Below, piece after piece: positions 14,771 to 30,190 of a DNA stretch of 64,000 nucleotides. The stretch is from the NCBI GenBank assembly GCA_964016885.1, contig OZ024754.1, positions 44,826,001 through 44,890,000 of the forward strand. Direction: 5' to 3'. Numbering within the stretch: position 1 is the first letter of the stretch; each line of letters starts with the position of its first letter. The translations under genes were made by a program, and so were the position numbers. The DNA comes from Eledone cirrhosa (taxonomy: Eukaryota). Under the pieces are notes generated by a model. That model saw only the letters and a list, made by a program, of their open reading frames with translations. It made no database searches and was not told the DNA's origin.

Positions 14771-15493
14771 AAAATGTTTATAAATAATACGTGTTGGTCA
14801 TGGGTAGAGTGCTTTTGACCGCATGTTTGCTCCAGTATAGTTAACATGGGTGTAAACAGCAACAACTCTGGCCACTCATATAAATTATCTGGTCAAGCAT
14901 GGAAGAGAAACTAGCCAACAGATTTTCACAACCTTCTACCATTCCACACAAGAACTACATCGCATCTAACAGAATTCGAATTCACGATACTCTGTTACTG
15001 AGACGGCCATATATTATTATCAATTCACGATCACTTCTCGTTGTTAGTAAACAGGTTTACCTGTTAAAATCGCTTTCGGTTCTCCCCCTGTGTTCGTGTA
15101 ACGACACGCTGGGGTGTGAAAATCAGAATGTATTCAACCGTATACGAGTGCAGATAAGCGAATCAAAGTGCATCAGCTTCATTTGCTGTGCATTATGTAT
15201 AACTAGGACGAAAACATTCCAGTGACAACAAACGGTTCATCGTAAATCTAGAAGCTTCGATGACAGATTATGGAAATGGAGATGAGAAGAGAGAAGACGG
15301 AAGTTGGTGAGTGTCTATGTTGAGTCTTGAGGGCGTAGAGGAAAAATAAAATGAAGAAAATGAAACATTTTACAGAATATTATGTGTATATAGACGCAAA
15401 AATGGTTGTGTAGTTAAGGAATTCGCATTACACCACGTGGTTCCGATTTCAATTCCACGGCATTCGCCACACATTGGGTGTGTGGAGTCCCAC

Positions 15494-15613
<120 letters not shown>

Positions 15614-15693
15614 TTGATATTTCGAGATTAATATCTCTTCTTCCAAGGAAAATAAAGGAACTATTCCAGTCTCCGATGCGACTTGTTATACCA

Positions 15694-15755
<62 letters not shown>

Positions 15756-16005
15756 ATGTGTGTGCATACACATATATACCACTTATATATATATACCACA
15801 CATTCCATAAAAACTACTACACTACAATCCCCACTACCACTGCCACCACCACCACCACCACAACCCCACCGCCAACACCACACCATCACCACCAATACCA
15901 CCACCAACAACACAACCACTACAAACACCACAACCCCACCGCCAACACCACATCCCCACTACAACCCCGACCAACACCAACACGCCCACCACCAGCACGC
16001 CCACC

Positions 16006-16038
<33 letters not shown>

Positions 16039-16512
16039 ACCATAATTTCCATCAACAAAACAACAAACAATATATTGCAGACGATAAAGTGACGACATAT
16101 TTGGTAAAAGATAGAAACCGTCACTCAGATATAAAATGAAGAAAAACAATTATTATTTGCACATTTCATAAAATTATATTATTATTTATAAATAAATAAA
16201 AATATGACGTGTACTAAAACTCAAATAAATGATTTATCTGCCAGTTTAAAATATTATTGAATATATGGAAAACTTTTAATATATTCAAGAAATAATTTTG
16301 AGAACAATGAAATTGGATAGAAAACCGTCAACGCAATACTGGTGTTTGTTGAATTTCACTATTACTAGTAGGAGTACCCGACCTGGTCCGGATTTAGGGA
16401 AAATATTAGATAACGTTATACAGCCTATGACCTTCTCTTGAAATATATACAAAATTTTACTTGGGTGCAAATTATAACATATATGTATGTATGTAAGTAT
16501 GTAAGTATGTAT

Positions 16513-16622
16513 GTTCTTCTGGTTTTATAATATCACAAACGTTTGCCAATAGAAAGAGAGTCGGTTTCTAACATAGATACACGACCCTCCCATTGGAATT
16601 TACACAACATCAACTAGGTAGA
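16513..16622 (-). mobile_element. Probable retroposon 3' tail inside a (TATG)n array
   Basis: About 110 bp unique segment between TATG runs; minus strand ends ...ccagaagaacatacatac. Strand is inferred. Confidence 0.45.
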
Positions 16623-16632
16623 TATGTATGTA

Positions 16633-16663
<31 letters not shown>

Positions 16664-16751
16664 ATGTATGTATGTATGTATGTATGTATGTATGTATGTA
16701 TGTATGTATGTGTGTGTGTGTATGTTTGTATGTATATATGTATGTATGTAT

Positions 16752-17131
16752 GGCAGAATTCTAGGAGAATGAAAACTCTGATGTAACACCTGCAACCCTG
16801 ATGGTATCCAATGATGTTGACTTGTTCTTCTTTTTGGTAAATATCATCTTGGTTAAGAGAGTGGGACTGACTTTGTGCAGTGCCTTTGCTCACTATAAAA
16901 GCTTCACGGCACATGCATTGCTTTATATCTGGAGATCTCTCTGCACTCGTCGTCACATGGTACCATGGGCCCAGAACTATGTGTCAATAATTGTCACAAG
17001 TGTAGTGTTTGTACCAGAGTTTTCAAGTCGCTGGCTGGACTAAAAAGTCACACTCGTTCAGCGCATCGGTAGGGGTTCTCCTACATGGATATAAAGTAGT
17101 GGCCGTACTCGAAAACGAGTTGGCAGCCACC

Positions 17132-17133
<2 letters not shown>
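16752..17133 (-). mobile_element. Second, shorter copy of the 35194 element
   Basis: Reverse complement of 35194-35575 with few substitutions and the same start (atggtggctgcc). (TATG)n on both sides. Confidence 0.85.
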
Positions 17134-17164
<31 letters not shown>

Positions 17165-17432
17165 TGTATGTATGTATGTATGTATGTATGTATGTATGTA
17201 TGTATGTATTATGTATGCGCAACAGCCACCCCACATCGTAGGGCTCCTTCTTCAGACGAGCTGCTGTTATTCCGATTTTACAGAGGAGGTCAGCTGTACA
17301 AGATCCGACGTTTGACCAGATTTCCTGAAACACTAATGTCGCCATTTTCATCGTCATTACACGGAACTCTTCCTAATAATTATGAAGAGACACAACGTCG
17401 GATACGAAAGAACTGACAATGCTGTATACCGA

Positions 17433-17492
17433 CAATAAAGTACCAGTAATGTACTGGGTAATTGCTGGCCTTGTGCCTAAAGTAGAAACAAA
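17433..17492 (+). mobile_element. SINE 3' fragment
   Basis: aataaagtaccagtaatgtactgggtaattgctggccttgtgcctaaagtagaaac. Confidence 0.8.
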
Positions 17493-17514
17493 TACTGTAT
17501 ACCGACATTTATAC

Positions 17515-17588
<74 letters not shown>

Positions 17589-17743
17589 ATGCATACATAC
17601 ATACATACATAGATACGTACATAAATACATATACACATGCATATGTACATATACATATATATATATATATATATACATACATACATATATTTATACATAC
17701 ATATATTCAAACATGTATATATATAGAGAGAGAGAGTGAGAGA

Positions 17744-17778
<35 letters not shown>

Positions 17779-17802
17779 GAGGGAGCCCATATTTCATTGC
17801 CT

Positions 17803-17860
<58 letters not shown>

Positions 17861-18202
17861 GTATATACATATATATATTCAATTTATCCAGCGTAAATAA
17901 CTTATGTTATGTAACCTTTGCACCAGAAACACTTTTTCTTATTAACTCGTGTATTCCCTGGCTACTCTGACCCCCGTTACTCTCCCATCACATCTCATTT
18001 ACTTCTCTCTCTCTCGCTCTAGATCTCCCTCTCTCTTTCTCTCTTACCTCTCTTTTGCTCTCTTTCTCCCAGTTCGTCACCTCTGGGCTCTCTCTTCCTC
18101 TTTCTCTCTCACCTATCTCTCTTATCTCTTTCAGTCTTTTTTCCTCTCTATTGCTCTGTCTTTTCTTTTCTACTTCTCTGTGTATGTCATTCTCCTCCCC
18201 TC

Positions 18203-18251
<49 letters not shown>

Positions 18252-18996
18252 ATCTCTCTCTTTCTCCCTCTCTCTCTCCCTCCATCTTCCTTCCTAACTC
18301 TATTCCATCGTCCCAACGACTTATTGAACTAATGTGGAACTTACACCTCTAGTCTCCTGACTATACAGTTTCATTTGCTCTAATTATCCTCAGTACACTC
18401 GGCTATGTATCTACAGATTAGTATAAAAGTCTGGAAACGCTGGGTTTTTCAAGAAAAACAAACCAAACTGATAGTTGTTCAAAGATAACTGGTGTTTCAC
18501 CGCCGTTTACAACCATCGTTAATATACACTAACAGAGAGAAAGGGTGTGTGTGTATTTGTGAGAAGGGGAGAGAGGATGTGTGTATGAGTAAGAGAGAGA
18601 ATGAGAGAGAAAGAGAGAGAGTGTGTGTGTCTTTGTTAGTTAGAGAGAGTGTGAATGTGTGTGAACGAGAGAGAGAGATAGAGAGAGAAAAGGAGAGAAT
18701 ATACATAAAACAGTTAATTTAAAATTCATTAAAAATTTTCCCCAAAAATTCGCCAAAGTCTTTACCCAAAATTCCATAAAAGTTTTTACCAAATGCTTCA
18801 CTAAATATTTTCCAAAAAGTCTACAAAATATCACCTAAAATTCCATGGAAATATTACCAATTATATCACCAAAGATATTTCTAAAGAGTTCTAAAATATT
18901 GAATAATTTCCGAAAGATTTCGCCCAAAATTTCCCCAGATCTCTGCTAATATAAGTATATATTACAAATCTATGCGGACGGGCGTGCATGTATGTA

Positions 18997-19082
<86 letters not shown>

Positions 19083-19131
19083 ATATATATATATATATTA
19101 ATGTCTGTATATGTATGTGTTATATACGTGT

Positions 19132-19195
<64 letters not shown>

Positions 19196-19428
19196 TGAGT
19201 ATGTGTATGTGTATATGTGTGTGAAAGGTAAAAATTATAATATTGAACCAAATAAATTTTGTATATAAATAAACAAATACAATTAATAAACAAAAAAAAA
19301 CGCCATTTTGTTTTGTTGTTGTTTTTGTTTCTGTGGTCTTTTTTGTTATTTTTTTCCCATATTTTGCAGATTTTTTCCATTAATATTTTAGTGTTTGTCA
19401 TGGTTGTCAGATGTGTGAAAGTAGTTCG

Positions 19429-19469
<41 letters not shown>

Positions 19470-19874
19470 GTATCTTGACTTATTTGTTTTACAATATTCA
19501 AACTGGCTGCGATTAGAGTGAGGAGTTTTAAAGGAAATTAAAAATACAAACTTGAGGGCGCTATTTAGATTTTAAACTGATTGCTGACATAGACATTTGG
19601 ACAAATATAAAAAAAATACGCATTTAAAATTGCGGAAACAGGCAGACACATATATACACATATGAACAAAGCTCAGAAACCTACATACACAAACATACAC
19701 AAACACACGAAGTGAAACAAGCTCAAACAAGATCACAAACACACGTACACGTTCAGATATTCAAATCCCTGCCTAAATACATGTATTTAGGCCCTTATCG
19801 TGCATAATTATAGGTCTATATGTATAGAAATACATAGATATTTATAGGTATACTTATATTTATGCAATAATATG

Positions 19875-19906
<32 letters not shown>

Positions 19907-19973
19907 GTAACAGTAATAATAATAAATTTGAAGACTAAAATCCAAAGAGGGTTCTATAAGGATAAATATATAT

Positions 19974-20021
<48 letters not shown>

Positions 20022-20124
20022 AGTGGGTGTGTGTATGTACATAACACACACATTCCTATATAAATATATATATTTATACATATACTTATATAAAAATTTA
20101 TAATACGCATATATGTATATATAA

Positions 20125-20214
<90 letters not shown>

Positions 20215-21270
20215 CAAGTAAGTATGTTTTGAAACAGTGAGCAGGTTTGAAATTAGAAAATAGAATAGCTTTCACAGTATTTTTGACTAAAGAAATGTTA
20301 GCCTGCTAATGGGGTTTAGAACCCTCAGAGTAATGGAAAAAGATGAGTATTGACATATATATATATATATATATATATGTTGTAGATTTTACACATCTAT
20401 ACGAAGCTCAACATTCTCCCGTCACTTCTACAAGTTTCACATTTAGGTTTCACATATGACACATGCATGTGAGTATATGTATCCATCTATACGCATGTAT
20501 GTATGTGTATGTATGTGTATATGTATCCATGTATGTATGTGTATGTGTGAGTATATGTATCCATCTATACGCATGTATATATGTGAATGTATGAAAGTAC
20601 CTATATATTTATATAAATGTACGTATATTTTTATGTAAGTATCTATGTGTATATGAATGTATGTAAGTATATAATGTATGTATATGTCTTTGTGTGTATA
20701 TGAATGTATGTATATAAGAATTAAAAAGCATTTAAAATCTAAGCAGAAAACGACTGGTAAATTACGCAAAATCCTCCAAACATTACAAACACAGAAGTTG
20801 TTATTGTGGCGTACATGTCGGGATTCTCACAAACAGAATTGACCAATGAGTGAATCTCCAGCAACAAACTTTGTCACAGCCTCCTCTGCAAGTCATCTAC
20901 ATTCTTTATATATATATATATTTTTTTTTTGTTAAAAAATATCAAATTAAACAAAAAACCCAACACCGTCAATTGAAAATCGTTTCACTTCCTCTCCATT
21001 GTCTCATTCTGTTCAAAATGGCCGCCTCTCTATTTTTTCTCTTCTCTCCATTGAAACGCCATAACAATGTCACCTGACATTTTTCTGTCAACAGCAGCCA
21101 TTTTACAATACAAAACGCCATGACTCGGTCATCAACTCCACCCTTTACAATGATAGCTGCAAGCTTACAATATAGTTATTCGAAAAACTCCTAGGGGTGT
21201 GCAGTACGCAGTGAGAGCTTGTCACTGTGTGTGTGTTTCTATCTCTAAATATATACATGCATATATTTGC

Positions 21271-21318
<48 letters not shown>

Positions 21319-21619
21319 GTGAATATGTATATATATAAATATGTATGTATGCATGTGTGTAAATGTTTGTTTTATATATCAATATATGTATGTGTCTGTA
21401 TGACTAAAATACATTAAGCACAAACACACTCATACATACACACATACACACATACACACACTCATACATTCATATACACGCATGCATTCACACACACATC
21501 CATACATATATACACCAGTCCCAAATTAAATTATATCTCTCTTTCTCTCTAGCTATTACTTTTTTCTCTCTTTCTAACACTTCCCCTATCTCCCTTTCCA
21601 CTTCACTTATCTCCCCCTC

Positions 21620-21692
<73 letters not shown>

Positions 21693-21785
21693 CAGAGAGA
21701 GCGAGAGAGAGCGAGAAAGAGCGAGAGAGATAATATATAATATATATATATATACACATACACACACACACACATACACACACGC

Positions 21786-21844
<59 letters not shown>

Positions 21845-22011
21845 CATATATGTCCCTTGCTCAACTTTACAACGTAACAATTTCCACACATTCCCCGTTT
21901 CGCAGTAATTTTCCCATTGTGACTTCAGATAAAAATAAAATATAAATAAAAATAAATGAATGAATAAAAACGAAAATAAAATAAAATAAAATAAGACAGA
22001 ATAAAAGAATA

Positions 22012-22056
<45 letters not shown>

Positions 22057-22413
22057 GAGAAAGAAAGGAAGAAAGAAAGATGAAAAGAAAAAGACAAAAA
22101 ACTTGCCGATGGCAATTTTGCAATATTTTGCTGGTTTTCTTATTTTTCTCCCCCTCTGATGGAATTCCCAATCTCCTTTTTATACATCGCCCCTTATTTG
22201 GTCTTCATCGTCGACCCCATCGCCGATATTGTCGCCGTTCTCTTTCCTCCCGTTGTCGATTGTTTTAACACACTGCTCCCTCCAGGCTAAACTAGAACAG
22301 TGTAAAAAGCTGGGCATATACATTTCCATTATAATGGACTTTTCGTCAACGTCTCACACTGCTAACCATGCAGATCTGAGAAAAACCACATACATCCATA
22401 GATATATACATAT

Positions 22414-22503
<90 letters not shown>

Positions 22504-22519
22504 TATATATATAATATAT

Positions 22520-22731
<212 letters not shown>

Positions 22732-22732
22732 A

Positions 22733-22817
<85 letters not shown>

Positions 22818-22860
22818 GTATATTCATACATACATACACACACGCACACACGCACGCACG

Positions 22861-22892
<32 letters not shown>

Positions 22893-23259
22893 CATACATA
22901 CGTACATACAGACAGACAGACATACTTACATACATACATACATAATACATACACAACATACACACATACATACATACATACATATACACATACACATACA
23001 CACATATATATATACACAGATAGACAGACACATATAGACACACATACATACAGACATACAGACAAAGAGAGAGACCGACTTACGCACAAGAAAGTGTGGG
23101 AGGAGCAAGTTGGTAAACACACACACTCACACACGCACACACACACACACACACACATACACACACACACACAGAATTAAACATCGACACTGCTACCAAC
23201 AACGTAGAAGTAACATAACTCTTCCTCCTCCTCCACCACCACCACCACAATCTTCACCT

Positions 23260-23306
<47 letters not shown>

Positions 23307-23368
23307 GCTACTACTACTACTACTATTACTACTACTACTGCTACTACTACTACTACTACTACTACTGT

Positions 23369-23402
<34 letters not shown>

Positions 23403-23407
23403 GCTAT

Positions 23408-23442
<35 letters not shown>

Positions 23443-23457
23443 TTACTACTATTACTG

Positions 23458-23495
<38 letters not shown>

Positions 23496-23517
23496 GCTAC
23501 TACTACTACTACTACTG

Positions 23518-23567
<50 letters not shown>

Positions 23568-24101
23568 GCTGCTACTACTACTACTACAAGCACTATGATA
23601 ACCACTAGCACCTACACCACTAACACCATCATGAACCCTGTGTGGCTAATAAATAAATAATTATTACAACTCCATCGCCACTACAGCCTCAAAATATATC
23701 ACCTTCAGCAATCTCCACCACCAGTGCCATCCTCCACCACCACCCTAATCAGCACTACTACTATCAATATTACTAATATTACTACTACTACAACCATCAT
23801 CTATACCACTAACATTCATCATAGGTACGTACGACTTCTCCTTATCAGTATTACCACTCCATCACCACTACAGCCTCAAAATCTGTCACCTTCGTTTCGC
23901 TATTGATCAGCTCTAGGTTTGAACTGTATCGATCTGGCCCGACTCTGGAATCAAAAGCTCATCTCACCTCTGCTATTGTAATGACCGAATGAAAAGATTC
24001 AGGACCCCTGAAGTCCTGAGTCTTTTCATTACCAACTCTACTACACCAAATATCGAGTACTCTGGTGTGTTAGGGTCCACCTGGTTTTTTACCACGCCCT
24101 A

Positions 24102-24148
<47 letters not shown>

Positions 24149-25247
24149 AATAAATACATACACGTATGTACATATACACACACATATATATATATGCAGA
24201 TATGTATCCACGCATATATGCATATATACATATATAAGCATATATATACATATATACACAAATACTTCAAATCATATGCATGTTTGCGTGTGTTTATGTC
24301 TATATATCCGCACGCGTGCGTCTATGTATGTATAAATATGTATATGTGTACGTTTATATATACGTTTATATATGTGTGCATGTATAAATGGGTTTCGCTA
24401 GTTTATGCTTATACGCATGCGTGCTTGTAGGCGCACGCATGCGTGCGTGTATGTGTGGTGTTAGTATCGCTAAAAGCCGGAAGTAAGAGTCGAACAAGAA
24501 CTACAACCGTCTAAAATCACACCACTTACTTCTAATAATTATTTCATGAGATATTTATCTCTCTACTTTATATAGGTTCTATATTATTATATTTATTGAA
24601 TACCATGGAGTGGTGGTTGTGGTTGTGGTTGTTGTGGTGGTGGTGTTTGCTACGGTGGTGGTTGATACAGTGGTGGTGGTTGTGGCGGTCGTGGTGGGTC
24701 TTTATGTTAAATGTTGCTGGTGTAAAAGGCAATGCCTTGCGGTATTTAGTTGTCTCCTTACGTACAGCAGTTTAAATCCCTTGAGGAAGGTCTCTAAACT
24801 AGGTAAGTACCAACGAACTTATAAATAAATATATGATAGGAGAAACTTTCTGTTGTTTCTTAATCTGCTGGAAATAGGAGCCAAATCTTCCTCAATTCAC
24901 ACCTTACCGTTTTAAGAAAGGGACAGATTCTGTTGTATCTCAATTCAGCCATTGTCAATACACAGCAAGATGAAGCTTCGGGATGCTGTTGTCAGCTTAT
25001 CTATGTTGGTTGTATGGCTACCTATCTAGTTTATGGCACTTAACTCTTGATAGAAAAGTAGGGGTGTGGTCGTGAGATTCGACATGTCTTGGACATTTTA
25101 AATCCCTCTTCATCCTGCTTGTCGACGTGAGCCAATAGCAGCGGGTTCTAGAGGGTGATTCTGTGATCGGATACTTAGTACAGACCATCGGTACCTAGCT
25201 GGCATATTGAACTCAGAACGCAATGAAACCAAACAAACACCACAAGG

Positions 25248-25390
25248 TGCATGGCTTAGTGGTTAGAGCATTGGGCTTGCAATCGAAAGGTTGTGAGTTC
25301 AATTCTCGGACCGGGTGATTTGTTGTTTCCTTGAACAAGACATTTTATTTCACGTTGCTCCAGTTTACTCAGCTGTAGAAATAAGATGAT
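25248..25390 (+). mobile_element. Second tRNA-derived SINE family (head plus central domain)
   Basis: A-box tggcttagtgg, B-box gagttcaattctc, then ccttgaacaagacattttatttcacgttgctccagtttactcagctg. Confidence 0.7.
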
Positions 25391-26107
25391 AGGACTGGGG
25401 TCCCTATCATTAAATCACCCAAGACACCTCCAACGAGATATACCTTGAAGGAGGCCAGCTAAACCTGCACAGATGTGATCTGTCACACACACACACACAC
25501 ATAGATGTGAGCTGTCACACACACACAAACACAACAAGACATCTTTTCAATAATTGCTCAAATAAATTTCACTAATGCCCTGCCCGGCCCTGAATTTATC
25601 AACTTTGAAATGGTAGAAAGCGAAGTTGGCTTCAAAGGAAAAGTACACAAAAACTGAACTTCTTTGCTTTCCGAACCTATAGAAGTGGTTTCTGGTCTTA
25701 TTTGAAGTGACTAGGTTTTCATTTTATGTGTTTCTCCTTTGTTCTGTCCTACACCATCTTGTTTTTGTGTGCTGTGTACTTAGTTTGCGCATGCGTTACA
25801 TCCGTGTGTGTGTGTGTGTTTATTTATTTATGTGTTTTATTTACTTGTCATTAGTTGGTTGTTTGATCTATCTGTATGTATGCTTTGTTTTGTTAGTTTG
25901 GTTTTTGTGTGTGTCTGTATGTCTTCATTTTGTCCTTAATTACTTGATGTTGCTATTCCACTCATGTTTTCTGTTTAATTTGTGTTGGAGTTCGTTTATA
26001 TTTGTTGCTTCTGTGATTTGTCTGAGCTTTGCATCTTTTCTGTGTGTGGATATATGTTTCAACACACGTTTTCAGATAAGAAATCTCGCAAAACAAATTC
26101 AAAAACG

Positions 26108-26286
<179 letters not shown>

Positions 26287-26302
26287 TTAGTATATATATG
26301 GT

Positions 26303-26458
26303 TAGATCCCGTTAAGGGTGAAAGCAGCGATTCTTTGCTTAAACTTTAATCTGTTATTTTAATAAATATTTGCTCTACGGTTCTTATATATTTGATATAT
26401 ATTTATCCTTATCGAGCCCTCTTTTGATTTTAGTCTTCAAATTTATTATTATTACTAT
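26303..26458 (+). mobile_element. Family P3 repeat; other copies at 61057-61217 (5' part inverted) and 19906-19980 (-)
   Basis: Shared tttgatatatatttatccttatcgagccctctt..gattttagtcttca.atttattattattac. All copies adjoin (TA)n. Confidence 0.7.
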
Positions 26459-26490
26459 ATATATATATATATATATACACACACATATAT

Positions 26491-26569
<79 letters not shown>

Positions 26570-26946
26570 GAGAGAGAGAGAAATAGACAGAAAGACAAAT
26601 AGATAGATCGGGTAAAGTTGAATGAAAAAGAGAGAAGCAGACAGAAGATATAGGCGACATGGGTTTCTTTCCCTTATCGACTCATCAGATAAGCAGCAAA
26701 GAAAATTTGACTGAAGCAGACGATAACTACCAAAGCACATCATTTCGAAAGAAAATGGGATATGGGTTTTTTTTAGTAATACACCCCGAATACTTAACCT
26801 TCCTTATTCTCTACTTACAATCTAATGTTGCTGTTTCATCTCATATAGGCTTGCTTACAGAGCTGCAGGCATTTCCAAGGGAGGCAATTAAATTGTGGAA
26901 GAAAATACAAATGAAAATATAAATAAATATAGAATATATATATAAA

Positions 26947-27015
<69 letters not shown>

Positions 27016-27026
27016 TATATAGAATG

Positions 27027-27080
<54 letters not shown>

Positions 27081-27087
27081 TAGAATG

Positions 27088-27203
<116 letters not shown>

Positions 27204-27227
27204 TAGAATGCATATATATATATATAT

Positions 27228-27258
<31 letters not shown>

Positions 27259-27266
27259 TAGAATGC

Positions 27267-27301
<35 letters not shown>

Positions 27302-27302
27302 A

Positions 27303-27439
<137 letters not shown>

Positions 27440-27871
27440 CATATATATATATATATAATGGAAAACGAAGATGAGTTAAGTATTGTGATGTTGGTAAGAA
27501 AGTGTGAAGAGTTCTGAGAATCTTACAGTGGAATGTGTACTTGTACGTATATATGTGTGTGTGTTTCTCACTGTGGTAGTGTGTGTATGGGTGTATGTGT
27601 GTGTGTGTGCGTGTGTAATAGTAGAGATACACATGTGTGGCTGTCACTGTCATTGTATGTGTGTGTGTATGTGAGTAATAGTACTAAACACACATGTGTA
27701 TCTGTCGTTGTCGTTGTATGTGCACACGTGTCTGTAATGTGAGGGTAACTTAAATTCCTGACAGAGATCAACCATCTCTCCCTCCTTCTTTCTCTATCTC
27801 TCCCTCCGTCTTTCTCTATCTCTCCCTCCTTCTCTCCCTATCTCTCCCTCCTTCTCTCTCCTCTTCAACTT

Positions 27872-27939
<68 letters not shown>

Positions 27940-28100
27940 TCTGTAAATTCTTTTGCTTTTTAAAATATATTTTTACACATTTCCCCTCTTTCATCTATCT
28001 TCTTCTTCTTCTTCTTCTTCTTCTTCTTCTTCTTCTTCTTCTTCTCATCTCCCTACTCCTTCCTCCTCACCCTCCTTTCATGTCTATTATTTCTTCATAC

Positions 28101-30190
28101 AGCAGTGTTATTGAGCCAGAATTATATAGAATTATTGAGCCGTGGTTCAGCAGTGTTATTGAGCCAGAATTATATAGAATTATTGAGCCGTGGTTCAGCA
28201 GTGTTATTTAGCCAGATTTATATAGAATTATTGAGCCGTGATTCAGCAGTGTTATTTAGCCAGAATTATATAGAATTATTGAGCCGTGGTTCAGCAGTGT
28301 TATTGAACCAGAATTATATAGAATTATTGAGCCGTGGTTCAGCAGTGTTATTGAGCCAGAATTATATAGAATTATTGAGCTGTGGTTCAGCAGTGTTATT
28401 TAGCCAGAATTATATAGAATTATTGAGCCGTCGTTGAGCAGTGTTATTTAGCCAGAATTATATAGAATTATTGAGCCGTGATTCAGCAGTGTTATTTAGC
28501 CAGAATTATATAGAATTATTGAGCCGTGGTTCAGCAGTGTTATTGAACCAGAATTATATAGAATTATTGAGCCGTGGTTCAGCAGTGTTATTTAGCCAGA
28601 ATTATATAGAATTATTGAGCCGTGGTTGAGCAGTGTTATTGAACCAGAATTATATAGAATTATTGAGCCGTGGTTCAGCAGTGTTATTGAGCCAGAATTA
28701 TATAGAATTATTGAGCCGTGATTCAGCAGTGTTATTGAACCAGAATTATATAGAATTATTGAGCCGTGGTTCAGCAGTGTTATTGAACCAGAATTATATA
28801 GAATTATTGAGCCGTGGTTCAGCAGTGTTATTTAGCCAGAATTATATAGAATTATTGAGCCGTGGTTCAGCAGTGTTATTGAACCAGAATTATATAGAAT
28901 TATTGAGCCGTGGTTCAGCAGTGTTATTTAGCCAGAATTATATAGAATTATTGAGCCGTGGTTCAGCAGTGTTATTTAGCCAGAATTATATAGAATTATT
29001 GAGCCGTCGTTGAGCAGTGTTATTTAGCCTGAATTATATAGAATTATTGAGCCGTGATTCAGCAGTGTTATTTAGCCAGAATTATATAGAATTATTGAGC
29101 CGTGGTTCAGCAGTGTTATTGAACCAGAATTATATAGAATTATTGAGCCGTGGTTCAGCAGTGTTATTTAGCCAGAATTATATAGAATTATTGAGCCGTG
29201 GTTCAGCAGTGTTATTGAACCAGAATTATATAGAATTATTGAGCCGTGGTTCAGCAGTGTTATTGAGCCAGAATTATATAGAATTATTGAGCCGTGATTC
29301 AGCAGTGTTATTTAGCCAGAATTATATAGAATTATTGAGCCGTGGTTCAGCAGTGTTATTGAGCCAGAATTATATAGAATTATTGAGCCGTGGTTCAGCA
29401 GTGTTATTTAGCCAGAATTATATAGAATTATTGAGCCGTGGTTCAGCAGTGTTATTTAGCCAGAATTATATAGAATTATTGAGTCGTGATTCAGCAGTGT
29501 TATTTAGCCAGAATTATATAGAATTATTGAGCCGTGTTTCAGCAGTGTTATTGAACCAGAATTATATAGAATTATTGAGCCGTGGTTCAGCAGTGTTATT
29601 GAGCCAGAATTATATAGAATTATTGAGTCGTGGTTCAGCAGTGTTATTTAGCCAGAATTATATAGAATTATTGAGCCGTGGTTCAGCAGTGTTATTTAGC
29701 CAGAATTATATAGAATTATTGAGCCGTGGTTCAGCAGTGTTATTGAGCCAGAATTATATAGAATTATTGAGCCGTGATTCAGCAGTGTTATTGAACCAGA
29801 ATTATATAGAATTATTGAGCCGTGATTCAGCAGTGTTATTGAACCAGAATTATATAGAATTATTGAGCCGTGGTTCAGCAGTGTTATTGAACCAGAATTA
29901 TATAGAATTATTGAGCCGTGGTTCAGCAGTGTTATTTAGCCAGAATTATATAGAATTATTGAGCCGTGGTTCAGCAGTGTTATTGAGCCAGAATTATATA
30001 GAATTATTGAGCCGTGGTTCAGCAGTGTTATTGAACCAGAATTATATAGAATTATTGAGTCGTGGTTCAGCAGTGTTATTGAGCCAGAATTATATAGAAT
30101 TATTGAGCCGTGATTCAGCAGTGTTGTTGAGCCAGTGTTATATAAAATTATTGAGCTGTGGATTATATAGTTTTGTTGAACCATGGATTA
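28101..30190. repeat. 48-bp minisatellite, about 43 copies
   Basis: Unit ttattgagccagaattatatagaa + ttattgagccgtggttcagcagtg (two related 24-mers). Confidence 0.97.

Noticed and set aside
16801-17043. 80-aa ORF duplicated at 35284-35526 as a possible gene pair
   Set aside because: Lies within the repeated 382-bp element, has no recognisable domain, and the similarity reflects DNA identity.
25248-25320. tRNA gene candidates here and at other SINE heads
   Set aside because: A and B boxes continue into SINE bodies; no convincing cloverleaf or acceptor stem.
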